DNA of 27,687 bases, taken from Octopus sinensis (lineage: Eukaryota). Under the pieces are notes generated by a model, which saw nothing but the letters and a program-made list of their open reading frames with translations, had not been told where the DNA came from and made no database searches. The DNA is taken from positions 1 to 27,687 of the forward strand of contig NW_021833408.1 in assembly GCF_006345805.1 (NCBI RefSeq), written 5' to 3'. Position 1 is the first letter of the stretch; each line of letters opens with the position of its first letter. The translations under genes and the position numbers were made by a program. Positions 11,353-22,215 of this stretch are shown piece after piece.

Positions 11353-11564
11353 CAAATACCAAGTACAGAGGTTTATTTTTCACTAAATGCTCCTCTTACA
11401 AGAAAGATAGCATCAGTAGTGCTTCTCCCTGGCACAAAACCAAACCACATCTCATCTAGGCTAACTCTCTTGCAGAAAGGGTCATAGCTCAGTGCTTAGT
11501 CGAGCTATGACCCTGTCTGTAACCTTACTGCAACCTCTACCCCAGGGCTGCGCTTACATTTCTC

Positions 11565-12270
11565 TCCATCATTTAACATCTGTTGTTTGTGCTGGTATGG
11601 GTTGGACAGTTTGACCAGGACTGGTAAGGTAAGAGGCTGCACCAGACTCCAGTCTGATTTGGTATGGTTTCTACGGCTGGATGCCCTTCCTAATGCCAAC
11701 CACTCTGTGAATGTAATGAGTGCTAGTACATACCGCTGTTTGTGTGACGACAGTATCTACCATGACTATTTTTTCACTTGGCTTGATGGGTCCTCTTCTC
11801 AAGCACAGCATAATGCCAAAGGTCTTGGTCATTTGTCATTGCCTTCATGGGGCCCAATGCCTCAAAGGTACTTTTGATGTGCCACCGGCATGGGTGCTAG
11901 TTATGTGACACCAGCATTAGCCACATTGCCTCTGTAAGGCCCAACGCTTGAAAAGTGCTTTTTACATGCCACCAGTACAGGTTCCAGTTATGCAAAACCT
12001 ATTTCTTTACTACCCACAAGGGGCTAAACACAGAGGGGACAAACAAGGACAGACAAACGGATTAAGTCGATTACATCGACCCCAGTGCATAACTGGTACT
12101 TAATTTATCGACCTCGAAAGGATGAAAGGCAAAGTTGACCTTGGCGGAATTTGAACCCAGAACGTAACGGCAGACGAAATACGGCTACGCATTTCGCCTG
12201 GTGTGCTAACGTTTCTGCCAGCTCGCCGCCAGTTATGTAATACCAGCATTGGCCACGAATATTTCTCTCC
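11565..12270 (-). mobile_element. RTE 3'UTR copy interrupted by SINE-B
   Basis: GGGTTGGACAGTTTGAC...GGATGCCCTTCCTAATGCCAACCACTC plus GTGCCACC repeats; resumes after 12240. Confidence 0.8.
11996..12230 (-). mobile_element. tRNA-headed SINE family B, monomer with ~10-bp TSD
   Basis: Reverse complement of GGCGGCGAGCTGGCAGAAACGTTAG...GGTTCAAATTCC...GAAATAGGT. Flanked by AGTTATGCAA (11986-95) and AGTTATGTAA (12231-40). Confidence 0.88.
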
Positions 12271-12511
12271 ATTATTTTACTACAGTCACCTCATCTTGTC
12301 CACTCATCCAGCCCAAGCCTCCATATCACCTCACCTATTCCCACCAGCCCCGGTGTCCCTCGAGAGTGTGTCCCAACACATTTGCGCCATCATCTCTCTC
12401 ACTACCACTCTCATTACCTTACTCTCCAACACACTCTCCTTTGTCTTCCAACTGTGGAAATCCATGCACCCACTCAATAGCAAGAGACCCATATCTGTCC
12501 CCTTCTATGCC

Positions 12512-12739
12512 TTACCCCTTTTGTTACCGTATTTATTTTGAGTTGTTCTGTGTTTCTTTCAATTACTTTAAATATAACAAAGAATTTAGTAAAATCACTT
12601 AGTTGTCATTAAGCTAGTGTTAGGAACATAAGTTGTGACTGAGGTTTGGTGGAAGATTTTAATTCAGATCTTATGAAAACAAGACATTTGTACTCAGAGT
12701 CAGAGACAGTTTCAGCCAGGTTGGTATCGAAAGGGTTAA
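12512..12739. mobile_element. piggyBac-like MITE
   Basis: Ends TTACCCCTTTTGTTACC and GGTATCGAAAGGGTTAA are inverted repeats (14/17 match) that include a TTAA (left TTAC) target and CCCTTT termini. Confidence 0.65.
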
Positions 12740-12827
12740 ACCTTTCAACTGGCACGAACCTACAATCCTTCAATACTACTCCCCACCCTCCCTGTTTAGG
12801 GGTTTTTGTCTTTCAAGGTACTTGGTA

Positions 12828-12904
12828 ACCCAGTTAGTGCTGGTGCCACCTAAAAACCACACTGTACATTCCGTAAAGTGGTTGACATTAGGAAGAGCAG
12901 CATC
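12828..12904 (+). mobile_element. RTE 3'UTR fragment
   Basis: GTGCCACCTAAAAACCAC...AAAGTGGTTGACATTAGGAAGAGCAGCATC. Confidence 0.6.
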
Positions 12905-13691
12905 AAAAGTCACCATACATAGGAACAATTTATCTTTTTATAAGAAACGGTTTATAAGAACAGTTTTTTCTTTTATTCAACAGGCTCTTAAATGGTTACC
13001 ATTGTTTTGAATCCACATTGCAATACGTTTACCCCATTCATTGTGAACTCGTAATAGCACATCTGGTAATACGTGTGCAAAGGAGTTGGAGATGCGTTCC
13101 TTCGAATGATTTATGTCTTTTATCTTTCCGCAATGCACCATGCCTTTCAAATGCCCCCCAAAGATAGAAATCAAGAGGGGACAGATCAGGGAATCGAGGG
13201 AATCTTATAAACTGTTACTTATAAAAAAATGAATTTTTCCTATGTATACTCTTTTATTCTTTTACTTGTTTCAGTCATTTGACTGCGGCCATGCTGGAGC
13301 ACCGTCTTTAGTCGAGCACATCGACCCCAGGACTTATTCTTTGTAAGCCTAGTACTTATTCTATCGGTCTCTTTTGCCGAACCGCTAAGTTACGGGGACG
13401 TAAACACACCAGCATTGGTTGTCAGGCGATGTTGGGGGGACAAACACAGACACACAAACATATACACACACATGCATATATATATATATATATACATATA
13501 TACGATGGGCTTCTTTCAGTTTCCGTCTACCAAATCCACTCACAAGGCTTTGGTCGGCCCGGGGCTATAGCAGAAGACACTTGCCCAAGGTGCCACGCAG
13601 TGGGACTGAACCCGGAACGATGTGGTTCGTAAGCAAGCTACTTACCACACAGCCACTCCTACGCATATGGAGACTTTTGAATCACCCAATA
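12901..13691 (-). mobile_element. Internally deleted Tc1/mariner element with transposase C-terminal remnant
   Basis: Minus 13199-12977 reads PRFPDLSPLDFYLWG(+1 G)HLKGMVH...LLRVHNEWGKRIAMWIQNNGNHL, the SPDL-x-P-x-D / LWG-x-LK motif. ~60-bp TIRs: CAAAAGTCACCATACATAGGAA...TTATAAG (12904-12958) versus CTTATAAAC...TTCCTATGTA[SINE]TGGAGACTTTTGAATCACCC, followed by AA and TA at 13690-91. Confidence 0.85.
13247..13665 (-). mobile_element. SINE family A inserted in the right TIR of a Tc1/mariner element
   Basis: Full reverse-complement copy; the flanks rejoin to CCTATGTATGGAGACTTTTGA, which mirrors the left TIR. Confidence 0.9.
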
Positions 13692-13855
13692 GAATGATTT
13701 TAAAATTTCCCTCTGCTAAGCATTTTATATTTCTCTCTTTCTCTCTACCTCTTCAACAAACTTTTAAACCATGTAATTCTCCTCTTCGTGTCTTCAACAT
13801 TTCTCTTTCTCTTCACCTTTTCCTCCCCAATTATTTCATACATTTCCTAATAATA

Positions 13856-14235
13856 TCTTTATATATAAAAGTATGGTTGTGTGTCTGTCTCCTACGATTT
13901 AGATTCCTAACTACTCTCACATTTTGCGGTTGCAGTTTAACCAAAACCGGGTATCTTATAGTCGTGATTCATATCGAGCCCTTCTGGGTATTAGCACACG
14001 TCTACGATGAGTCTACGATTTAAAAAAAAATTACCATCATTTTTTTTCGCTATTATATAAGGGAAGTAACTCTCTAAAAATGTCTGCGATGAGTCAACGA
14101 TTTAAAAAAAAATTTACCATCATTTTTTTTCCATTTTTAATGCATTTTTTTGCTATTTTTTGGCTATAACTCTCTAAAAATACTTATATAGTTATTTCCC
14201 TTACAAACCCGAGCAACGCCGGGCGATACTGCTAG
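13856..14235 (+). mobile_element. Non-autonomous Helitron (380 bp)
   Basis: 5' TC (TCTTTATATATAAAAG) follows A13855. The 3' hairpin CCCG-AGCAACGC-CGGG (14208-23) precedes CTAG (14232-35) and T14236. No TSD; internal ~48-bp duplication at ~14000 and ~14081. Confidence 0.85.
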
Positions 14236-14331
14236 TTTAATTATAAAAATATAAGAGGAATTTTTAAACATTGAATGGCTATGAGGGTCCAGTAGAGAAA
14301 AATAGGGATCAGAAAGGGTCCATGGAAAAAT

Positions 14332-14346
14332 GGTTGGGAACCACTG
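14332..14346 (-). mobile_element. Solo hAT-like terminal inverted repeat
   Basis: Reverse complement CAGTGGTTCCCAACC resembles hAT/Charlie-type termini; no partner TIR was found. Confidence 0.35.
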
Positions 14347-14672
14347 GTGTAATCCATCCTAGAATGGAAGAAATGATGTAAAAAGTCTGTGAGTGGTGTT
14401 TACAATGAAGATGTGTTTATTAAAGATATTTCGTTCTTAATTACAAAAACAAAATACAACTTTAATGGAATTTGAACTTTGGCCATCTTTAATTTTTTTG
14501 AAATGGTAAAGAATAAGAAAGATGTCTTTGATTGTTTGTCAGTATTTATTTGTAGACGGGAAGAACTGGATTCTGACATCTTAACTGGTCGACGAAATTT
14601 TAACTGAATCATTTCATTTAGAATGATTCCAACAAATATTTCATATTATTTGATTTCACCTCTATATTTACT

Positions 14673-16018
14673 TCATCATCATCATCATCATTGTTATCAT
14701 CAACATCTGCTTTCCATGCTGGCATGGGTTGGACAGTTTGACTGAGGACTAGCAAGCCAGGAGGCTGCACCAGGCTTCAATCTGACCTAGCAAATTTTCT
14801 ACAGCTGCATGCCCTTCCTAATACCACCCACTCCAAAATTGTAGTAGGTGCTTTTTATGTGCCACTGGCATGAGGGCCAGTCAGGTGGCACTGGCAACAA
14901 TCACGCTTGAATGGTGCTTTTTACATGCCACTGGCACAGGTGCAAATCAAGTGGTACTGTCATCAGCCACGACAATGATTTCTCTTGACTCAACAGTTCT
15001 TTGCAAGTGCAGCTTATTGCCCAATGATTGAAGGGTACTCTTAAATGGGCTGGTTATGCTGCACTGGCATAGGCCACAGTTATGGCCTGACTTGGCTTGC
15101 CAGGTCTTCTCAAGCACAGCATATCTTCAAAGGTCTCAGTCATTTGTCATCGCCTCTGTGAGGCCCAACATTCGAAGGTCGTGCTTCACCACCTCATCCC
15201 AGGTCTTCCTGGGTCTACCTCTTCCATAGGTTCCCTCAACTGCTAGGGTGTGACACTTCTTCACAAAGCTATCCTCATCCATTCTCACCACATGACCATA
15301 CCAGTGCAGTTGTCTCTCTTGCACACCACATCTGATGCTTCTTACATCCACCTTTTCTCTCAGGGCACTTACACTCTGTCATGTATGCACACTGACATTA
15401 CACATCCAGCGGAGCATACTAGCTTCATTCTTTGCAAGCTTACGCATGTTCTCAGCAGTCACAACCCATGTTTCACTGCCATGTAGCATGGCTGTTCACA
15501 TGCATGCATCATACAGTCTACCTTTTACTCTGAGTGAGTGACCCATTGTCACTAGCAGAGGTAGGAGCTCTCTGAGCTTTGCCCAGGCTATTCTTATTCT
15601 AGCAGCTACACTCTCAAAGCATCCACCCCTGCTACTGACTTGGTCCCCTTAGGTAACGGAAGCTATCAACTACTTCTAGTTTTTCCTCCCTGGCATGTGA
15701 CAGAAGCTGTTTTCTGCACATTTTCAGTGTTTATTGCTCCTGAGCATTTGCCACACACAAAAACTATCTTCCCAGTTAGCTTTCCTTTGATATTGCTACA
15801 CCTCTTATGTATCCATAGCTTACACCAGGTACATCTTATGGAGTTTCTACCTACGCCTTTTCTACAGATTGAGCAGGGCCTGAAGGTATTTGTGATTTGT
15901 CTGCCTTCCCACTTATTAAGAATTTGGTTTTTGCTAGATTGACTCTAAGGCCCCTTCGATTCTAGACCTTGCTTCCACACCTGAAACTTCTCCTCAGGTT
16001 CTGATAGTGATTCAGCTA
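14673..16018 (-). pseudogene. RTE-clade LINE 3' fragment: RT C-terminal region with embedded PHD-type finger, 3'UTR and (GAT)n tail
   Basis: With frameshifts and stops it translates AESLSEPEEKFQVWKQGLESKG..., CSIC-x10-CTWC-x4-HKRC-x14-CGKC, VDSFRYL, LYDACM*TAMLHGSETW, QLHWYGHVVRMDED...GRGRPRKTWDEVVKHDL. The 3'UTR has ~65-bp internal repeats and the tail is at 14673-14700. Confidence 0.92.
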
Positions 16019-16019
16019 G

Positions 16020-17566
16020 TGTGTGTGTGTGTTATAGGTGTGTGTGTGTGTGTGTGTGTTATAGGGTGTTTGTGTGTGTTATAGGTGGGTGTGCTGTGTG
16101 TTATAGGTGTGTGTGTTGTTATAGGTGGTGTGCGTGTGTGTTATAGGTGTGTGTGTGTTATAGGTGTGGTGTGTGTGTGTGTTATAGGTGGGGTGTGTTT
16201 GTGTTATAGGTGTGTGCGTGTGTGTTATAGGTGTGTGTGTGTGTGTTATAGGTGTGTGTGTGTGTGTTATAGGGGTGTGTGTGTGTGTTATAGGTGTGTG
16301 TGGTGTGTTATAGGTGTGTGCGTGTGTGTTATAGTGTGTGTGTGTGTTATTATAGGTGTGTGCGTGTGTGTTATAGGTGTGTGTGTGTTATAGGTGTGTG
16401 TGTGGTGTGTTATAGGTGTGTGTGTGTGTTATAGGTGTGTGCGTGTGTGTTATAGGTGTGTGTGTGTGTTATAGGTGTGTGTGTGTGTGTTATAGGTGTG
16501 TGTGTGTGTGTGTTATAGGTGTGTGTGTGTGTGTTATAGGTGGTGTGCGTGTGTGTTATAGGTGTGTGTGTGTTATAGTGTGTGTGGTGTGTGTGTTATA
16601 GGTGTGTGTGTGTGTGTTATAGGTTGTGTGTGTGTGTGTTATAGGTGTGTGTGTGTGTTATAGGTGTGTGTGTGTTATAGGTGTGTGTGTGTGTGTTATA
16701 GGTGTGTGTGTGTGTGTTATAGGTGTGTGTGTGTGTGTGTTATAGGTGTGTGTGTGTGTGTATGTGTTATAGGTGTGTGTATGTGTTATAGGTGTGTGTG
16801 TGTTATAGGTGTGTGTGTGTGTTATAGGTGTGTGTGTGTGTGTATGTGTTATAGGTGTGTGTAGTGTTATAGGTGTGTGTGTGTGTGTGTTATAGGTGTG
16901 TGTGTGTTTATAGGTGTGTGTGTGTGTGTGTTATAGGTGTGTGTGTGTGTGTGTGTGTTATAGGTGTGTGTGTGTTATAGGTGTGTGTGTGTGTGTGTTT
17001 TAGGTGTGTGTGTGTGTGTATGTGTATAGGTGTGTGTTGTTATAGGTGTGTGTATGTGTTATAGTGTGTGGTGTTGTGTATGTGTTATAGGTGTGTGTAT
17101 GTGTATAGGTGTGTGTGTGTGTGTGTATAGGTGTGGTGTGTGTATGTGTTATAGGTGTGTGGATGTGTTATAGGTGTGGGTGTGTTATAGGTGTATGTGT
17201 GGTGTGTTATAGGTGTGTGTGTGTTATAGGTGTGTGTGTGTGTGTATGTGTTATAGGTGTGTGTGTGTTATAGGTGTGTGTGTGTGTTATAGGTGTGTGT
17301 GTGTGTTATAGGTGTGTGCGTGTGTGTTATAGGTGAGTGTGTGTTATAGGTGTGTGCGTGTGTGTTATAGGTGAGTGTGTGTTATAGGTGTGTGTGTGTG
17401 TGTTATAGGTGAGTGTGTGTTATAGGTGTGTGCGTGTGTGTTATAGGTGAGTGTGTGTTATAGGTGTGTGTGTGTGTGTTATAGGTGAGTGTGTGTTATA
17501 GGTGTGTGTGTGTGTGTTATAGGTGAGTGTGTGTTATAGGTGTGTGTGTGTGGTTATAGGTGTGTG
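16020..17566 (+). repeat. Composite satellite [TTATAGG(TG)n], ~1.55 kb
   Basis: Dozens of TTATAGG motifs separated by variable TG runs; alternating GTGAGT / GTGC(G) variants at ~17310-17545. Confidence 0.95.
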
Positions 17567-17627
17567 ATAAGAAGCTTGCTACCCGGTCACATGGTTCAAG
17601 GTTCTGTCTCACCATTAACAAAAAACG

Positions 17628-17719
17628 ATGATAACAACAGCAATAACAAGAACAACAACAACAACTCGGCCAGTAACATAAACAACAACAACAACAACAG
17701 CACTATCAATACCAACGCT

Positions 17720-17751
<32 letters not shown>

Positions 17752-17992
17752 CACCATCACCACCACTGCTAAAACAGTATCCATAATATTTACATTGTTG
17801 TATTATAGAAGATGGGGTACAAACACTTCTCCTCCTCCTCCTCCTCCAACTTTTGGTGTATTTTGTAGTAGTAGTAGTAGTAGAAGTAGTATAGTAGTAG
17901 TAGTAGTATAGTAGTAGAAAGTAGTAGTAGTAGTAAGTAGTAGTATAGTAGTGTAGTAGTAGTAGTAGGTAGTAGTAAGTAGTAGTAGTAGA

Positions 17993-18034
<42 letters not shown>

Positions 18035-18181
18035 AAAGTAGTAGTAGTAGAAAGTAGTAGTAGTAGTAGTTGTTGTTGTTGTTGTTGTTGTGGTGGTGGT
18101 GTGGTGGTGGTGGTGGGTGCTGATTTTGCACAGCTGTTCCTACATGCTGATGCCATCAGTACAACAGCAGCAAGAAGAATA

Positions 18182-18218
<37 letters not shown>

Positions 18219-18460
18219 TACTACTACTATAGGTCTGTTATTAACCATATGGCTCTCAGCTTTGCCAACAGGAGGTGGTGGGGAAAAACAAACTGTTGGA
18301 GAAATAGACAATGGTGGTGGTGGTGGTGGTGGTGGTGGTGGTTGTGGTGGTGTATGCAGTGTAGTGATGATGGTAGCAATAGCCATGTGACTTTGGCTTC
18401 AGACATACAGACAGACACATAGATAGATAGATAAATAGATAGACAGATAGACATATGAAT
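17628..18460. repeat. Trinucleotide cluster (AAC/ACC, CCT, TAG, TTG/TGG, CTA, TGG) plus GATA
   Basis: Direct inspection. Confidence 0.9.
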
Positions 18461-18507
18461 GGACAGACATATATATATGTATGTATCTATCTATCATTCC
18501 TTTTGGC

Positions 18508-20080
18508 ATTCCAGTTTTCGAAAAGGGAAACAAATCTCTTACAGTGAACTACCGACCGATTTCACTCACCTCTCATATCAATAAAGTATTTGAGATACTC
18601 GTTTACTCATTTACTTGTTTCAGTCATTTGACTGAGGCCATGCTGGAGCACCACCTTTAATCGAGCAAATCGACCCCGGGACTTATTCTTTTGTAAGCCC
18701 AGTACTTATTCTATCGGTCTCTTTTGCCGAACCGCTAAGTGACGGGGACGTAAACACACCAGCATCAGTTTGTCAAGCAATGATAGGGGGACAAATACAG
18801 ACACACAAACATATACACACACATGCACATATATATATATACATATATACGACAGGCTTCTTTCAGTTTCCGTTTACCAAATCCACTCACAAGGCATTGG
18901 TCGGCCCGAGGCTATAGCAGAAGACACTTGCCCAAGATGCCACGCAGTGGGACTGAACCCGGAAGCATGTGGTTGGTTAGCCAGCTACTTACCACACAGC
19001 CACTCCTGCACCTAAAGTGGCGAGATCACAAATAACTGACTTCCTCGAAGACAACAATCTGCTGAACCCCAACCAGCTTGGTTTCTGTGATGGCAGGGAC
19101 TGCCTGTCACAGCTTCTGCACCATTTTGAAGACATTTTAAAAGCTTTGGGAGAAGGTTCCAACAATGACGGCATATACCTTGACTTCAGTAAGATATTTG
19201 ACAGAGTGGACCACAAAATCCCGCTGAAGAAACTGTCCAACATTGGAGTCCATGGAAAGCTGCTGCAGTGGATAAAGTGTTTCCTAATGAACGGAACCCA
19301 ACATGTTGTGTTTGAGGGAATCCGATCAAGCTCAGCCAAAGTCAGTAGTGGTGTCCCACAAGGTACTATGATGGGCCCACTCCTCTTCATTATCTACAAC
19401 AATGACATAGCAGACGTCATCAAATATTCTACATTGAAAAATCTTTGCAGATGATTCCAAACTCCAGAAGGCCATAAACGGTATGGGAGACCGAACATGT
19501 CGTCAGTTGGATTTGTTTGCTGTTGTCCAATGGGCAGAAAAGAACAATATGCTTCTGAATGAAGATACTCTGAAACTACCATATGCCCTTCCCTTGGGCA
19601 ACTCCCTAGTGTCATCCAACAACACCGGAAACCTTGGAGTAATTCTTAACAACAACCTAAGATGGAGTTCTCACTGTAAACAGCAAGGTTGACTTGGTCC
19701 ACAAGATGTGCTCCAAGATTCTGAGAACTTTCCAGTCTAGAGATGCCCAAAGCATTATCCTTCTCTACTCTACTTTTGCCTGACCCCACATTGAATACTG
19801 TTGCCTACTGTAGTCCCTCCACATGAAGCAACTCATTATGAAAGTGCAAGTACTCCAGAGGTCAATAACAAGAAAGATAGATGGCCTGACAGGCATTGGC
19901 TATTGGGTCGACGAAAAAAACTCAATCCCAACTCTCTCCAACGCTGCCAGGAGTGCTACATCATTTGTGTGACGTGGAAAATATTCTATCAATATGATGA
20001 TGATGATGATTGTACAAATGATGTTGGCATCAACTTTAAAATCCACCGAAGACTTGGCCCTTGTGCTATCTGCCCACTAC
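18508..20080 (+). pseudogene. CR1-like (Jockey-group) non-LTR retrotransposon RT pseudogene
   Basis: PVFEKGNKSLTVNYRPISLTSHINKVFE (18511-18594) | SINE | VARSQ...NQLGF...YLDFSKIFDRVDH...SGVPQGTMMGPLLFIIY. After a frameshift come FADD (19444-55), QWAEKNNM, NLGVILNNNLRW, PHIEYCC and SLQR. Multiple stops and frameshifts; the 3' boundary is approximate. Confidence 0.9.
18596..19012 (-). mobile_element. SINE family A inserted in a CR1-like RT
   Basis: Full reverse-complement copy that splits the RT between KVFE and KVARSQ. Confidence 0.9.
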
Positions 20081-20239
20081 ACAAATTGAACTCAGGACTA
20101 AACAATTCAACAATGATTGGACATCAAGTTATTTTGAATTAATGATACATGAAAATACAAGTTGCCAAAAGTCATCAGTGAAAATTCCTGAAAACTTTCG
20201 AATGAACCTGATACACTTGCACACATGCACACACACGCA

Positions 20240-20455
20240 TATGTATACATACAACATACATACATACATACATACATGTATATATATATATATATCCACC
20301 TACATACATATATATATCACGTCACGTGACCGACCAGTCCATCAGATGTAGTTACACATCGCTGGTCACAATGCATTTGCATTGTTTTAAGCCTTTGAAT
20401 GACGCCACCCCGCTGGCTAAGCGAGCAGGCCAATATATATATATATATATATATC

Positions 20456-20486
<31 letters not shown>

Positions 20487-20578
20487 ATATATATATAATC
20501 TATATATATTATATATATATATATAACAATACATACATACATATAATACATACATATATTATATAATATATATATATA

Positions 20579-20638
<60 letters not shown>

Positions 20639-20700
20639 AACATATATATCATGCATATACATATACTTGCATATACATATACACACATATATATATATAT
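20240..20700. repeat. (TA)/(CATA) tracts enclosing a ~115-bp CpG-containing insert (20320-20433)
   Basis: Direct inspection; the insert is probably a repeat fragment but is unassigned. Confidence 0.85.
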
Positions 20701-20999
20701 ACAAACTTGATTGGGCTTTGAGCTTATATTTGTCTCTTCTGCTGTTTAGAATAGTCTTTGGCACCACACATTTACAGTGTCTGGTTCAGTGTTCTCAGAG
20801 AATCTGACTTTACAAAGTACAAAAGGCCCCTACTTGACACAAAAGAAGGAAATGGGTCGTGGGAAGGGACTTCAGTGATGTTATTTTCTGGGAAGCTGTC
20901 ATAAACAAAATACTAACACCCTGTTTTCATATTTTGGGGTCAAGTCAAACTACTACTACTACTACCACCACCACCACCACCACCACCACCACCACCACC

Positions 21000-21030
<31 letters not shown>

Positions 21031-21069
21031 TTGCTAATTGTTTCTAATTTCGGTAGAAAACCAGCAACT

Positions 21070-21256
21070 TTTGAGGGGAGGGGTGCCCTCCGATTTCATC
21101 AGCCTTGCTACACAACATGATTGTTTCTTGATTTTGTCAACCCCAGAGGGACGAAAAGCCAAATTTTGACCTTAGCAAGGTTTGGTCTCAGAATACAAAG
21201 AGCCAGAACAATTACTGCACAGTGTTTCGTCCAATACTCTCTGAAGATTCTGCCAA
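21070..21256 (-). mobile_element. Old degenerate family-B-like SINE
   Basis: GTCAACCCCAGAGGGACGAAAAGCCAAATTTTGACCTTAGCAAGGTTTGGTCTCAGAA aligns loosely to the family-B reverse complement. Confidence 0.5.
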
Positions 21257-21261
21257 AAATG

Positions 21262-21327
21262 TACATCATCATCATCATCATCATCAATCATCATCAATCA
21301 TCATCATCATCAATCATCATCATCATC

Positions 21328-21362
<35 letters not shown>

Positions 21363-21447
21363 ATCATCATCATCAATCATCATCATCATCAATCAATCAT
21401 CATCATCAATCACATCATCATCATCAATCATCATCATCATCATCACG

Positions 21448-21480
<33 letters not shown>

Positions 21481-21557
21481 ATCATTATCAATCATCATCA
21501 ATCATCATCATCATCATCAATCATCATCACATCATCATCATCATCATCATCATCATT
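21262..21557. repeat. (CAT)n with CAAT interruptions
   Basis: Direct inspection. Confidence 0.95.
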
Positions 21558-21690
21558 TAATGTCCATCATCATGCTGAGATACACGTACAGTTCGACCGG
21601 ATCCAATGAGCTGCAGGGCCATGTCAAGCACCAATATCGGTTTTGGTTTCTTTGGCCAGAAACCGTTCCTAATGCCAATCACTTTACAGA
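21557..21690 (-). mobile_element. Degenerate RTE 3' end adjoining the (CAT/CAAT)n array
   Basis: TTAATGTCC...TTCCTAATGCCAATCACTTTACAGAG follows the CAT array. Confidence 0.55.
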
Positions 21691-22080
21691 GCTTTCTACT
21701 TTAAGCCCTTCACTCTTCTCTATGAAACTTAGGCCATCGATGCTTTTTCTCTGCTGCTTTCAACTCTTGGACATTTTTTTTCCCTCTTCCAGCTCTTGTT
21801 GGTTTTGAATACTCACTGATGCTTCCAGTAATTTTGCCTTTTCTAGGAAGGAGTGCTGGCCCTATGCAAACTTATTTTTACCTCTGGCAAGATCTGATTC
21901 TGTTAGTCTGGCTTCTAACCTTTGACCTTCCACTGCCATTGAAACACACAAGTCACCACAGTGCAACTAGAACCAGGCATTATAGTAGACTTTACAGAAT
22001 ACAGTTCTATATTTAAGAGATGAGGTATTATATACATTATCTACATTTGATGGATATTTGCCCTCATCTTGTTTGTTGTT

Positions 22081-22131
22081 AACACAACGTTTCATATACC
22101 CTGATATACCCTCCAGCCTTCATCAGGTGTC
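22081..22131 (-). ncRNA. Mirror copy of the hammerhead motif, stem II base disrupted
   Basis: Minus strand reads GACAC CTGATGA A GGCTG GAGGGTATAT CAG ggtatat GAAA CGTT GTGTT. Stem I is intact but a duplicated GGTATAT replaces the stem II closing bases. Confidence 0.55.
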
Positions 22132-22179
22132 TTGGGGAAATTTCGAATCTGGGTTCTCATTCCTAAGGTACTTTTTCGA

Positions 22180-22215
<36 letters not shown>

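Noticed and set aside
16020-17566. Interstitial telomere repeat
   Set aside because: The unit is TTATAGG plus variable TG, not TTAGGG or TTAGG, and has no fixed period.
17628-18228. Apparent inverted symmetry between AAC/ACC versus TTG/TGG and TAG versus CTA arrays
   Set aside because: Only simple repeats are complementary and the unique sequences between them are not mirrored, so it is not a true fold-back element.
18989-19390. Minus-strand 133-aa ORF
   Set aside because: It is the antisense shadow of the CR1-like RT frame.
19017-19454. Intact reverse transcriptase CDS
   Set aside because: It is a fragment only: split by a SINE upstream, frameshifted before FADD, with stops downstream.
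20749-20880. Possible exon after TTTGTCTCTTCTGCTGTTTAG
   Set aside because: One open frame but no convincing donor and no recognisable peptide.
21241-21260. CTGAAGA core-like heptamer
   Set aside because: No stem II or GAAA follows; it lies within a degenerate SINE-B.
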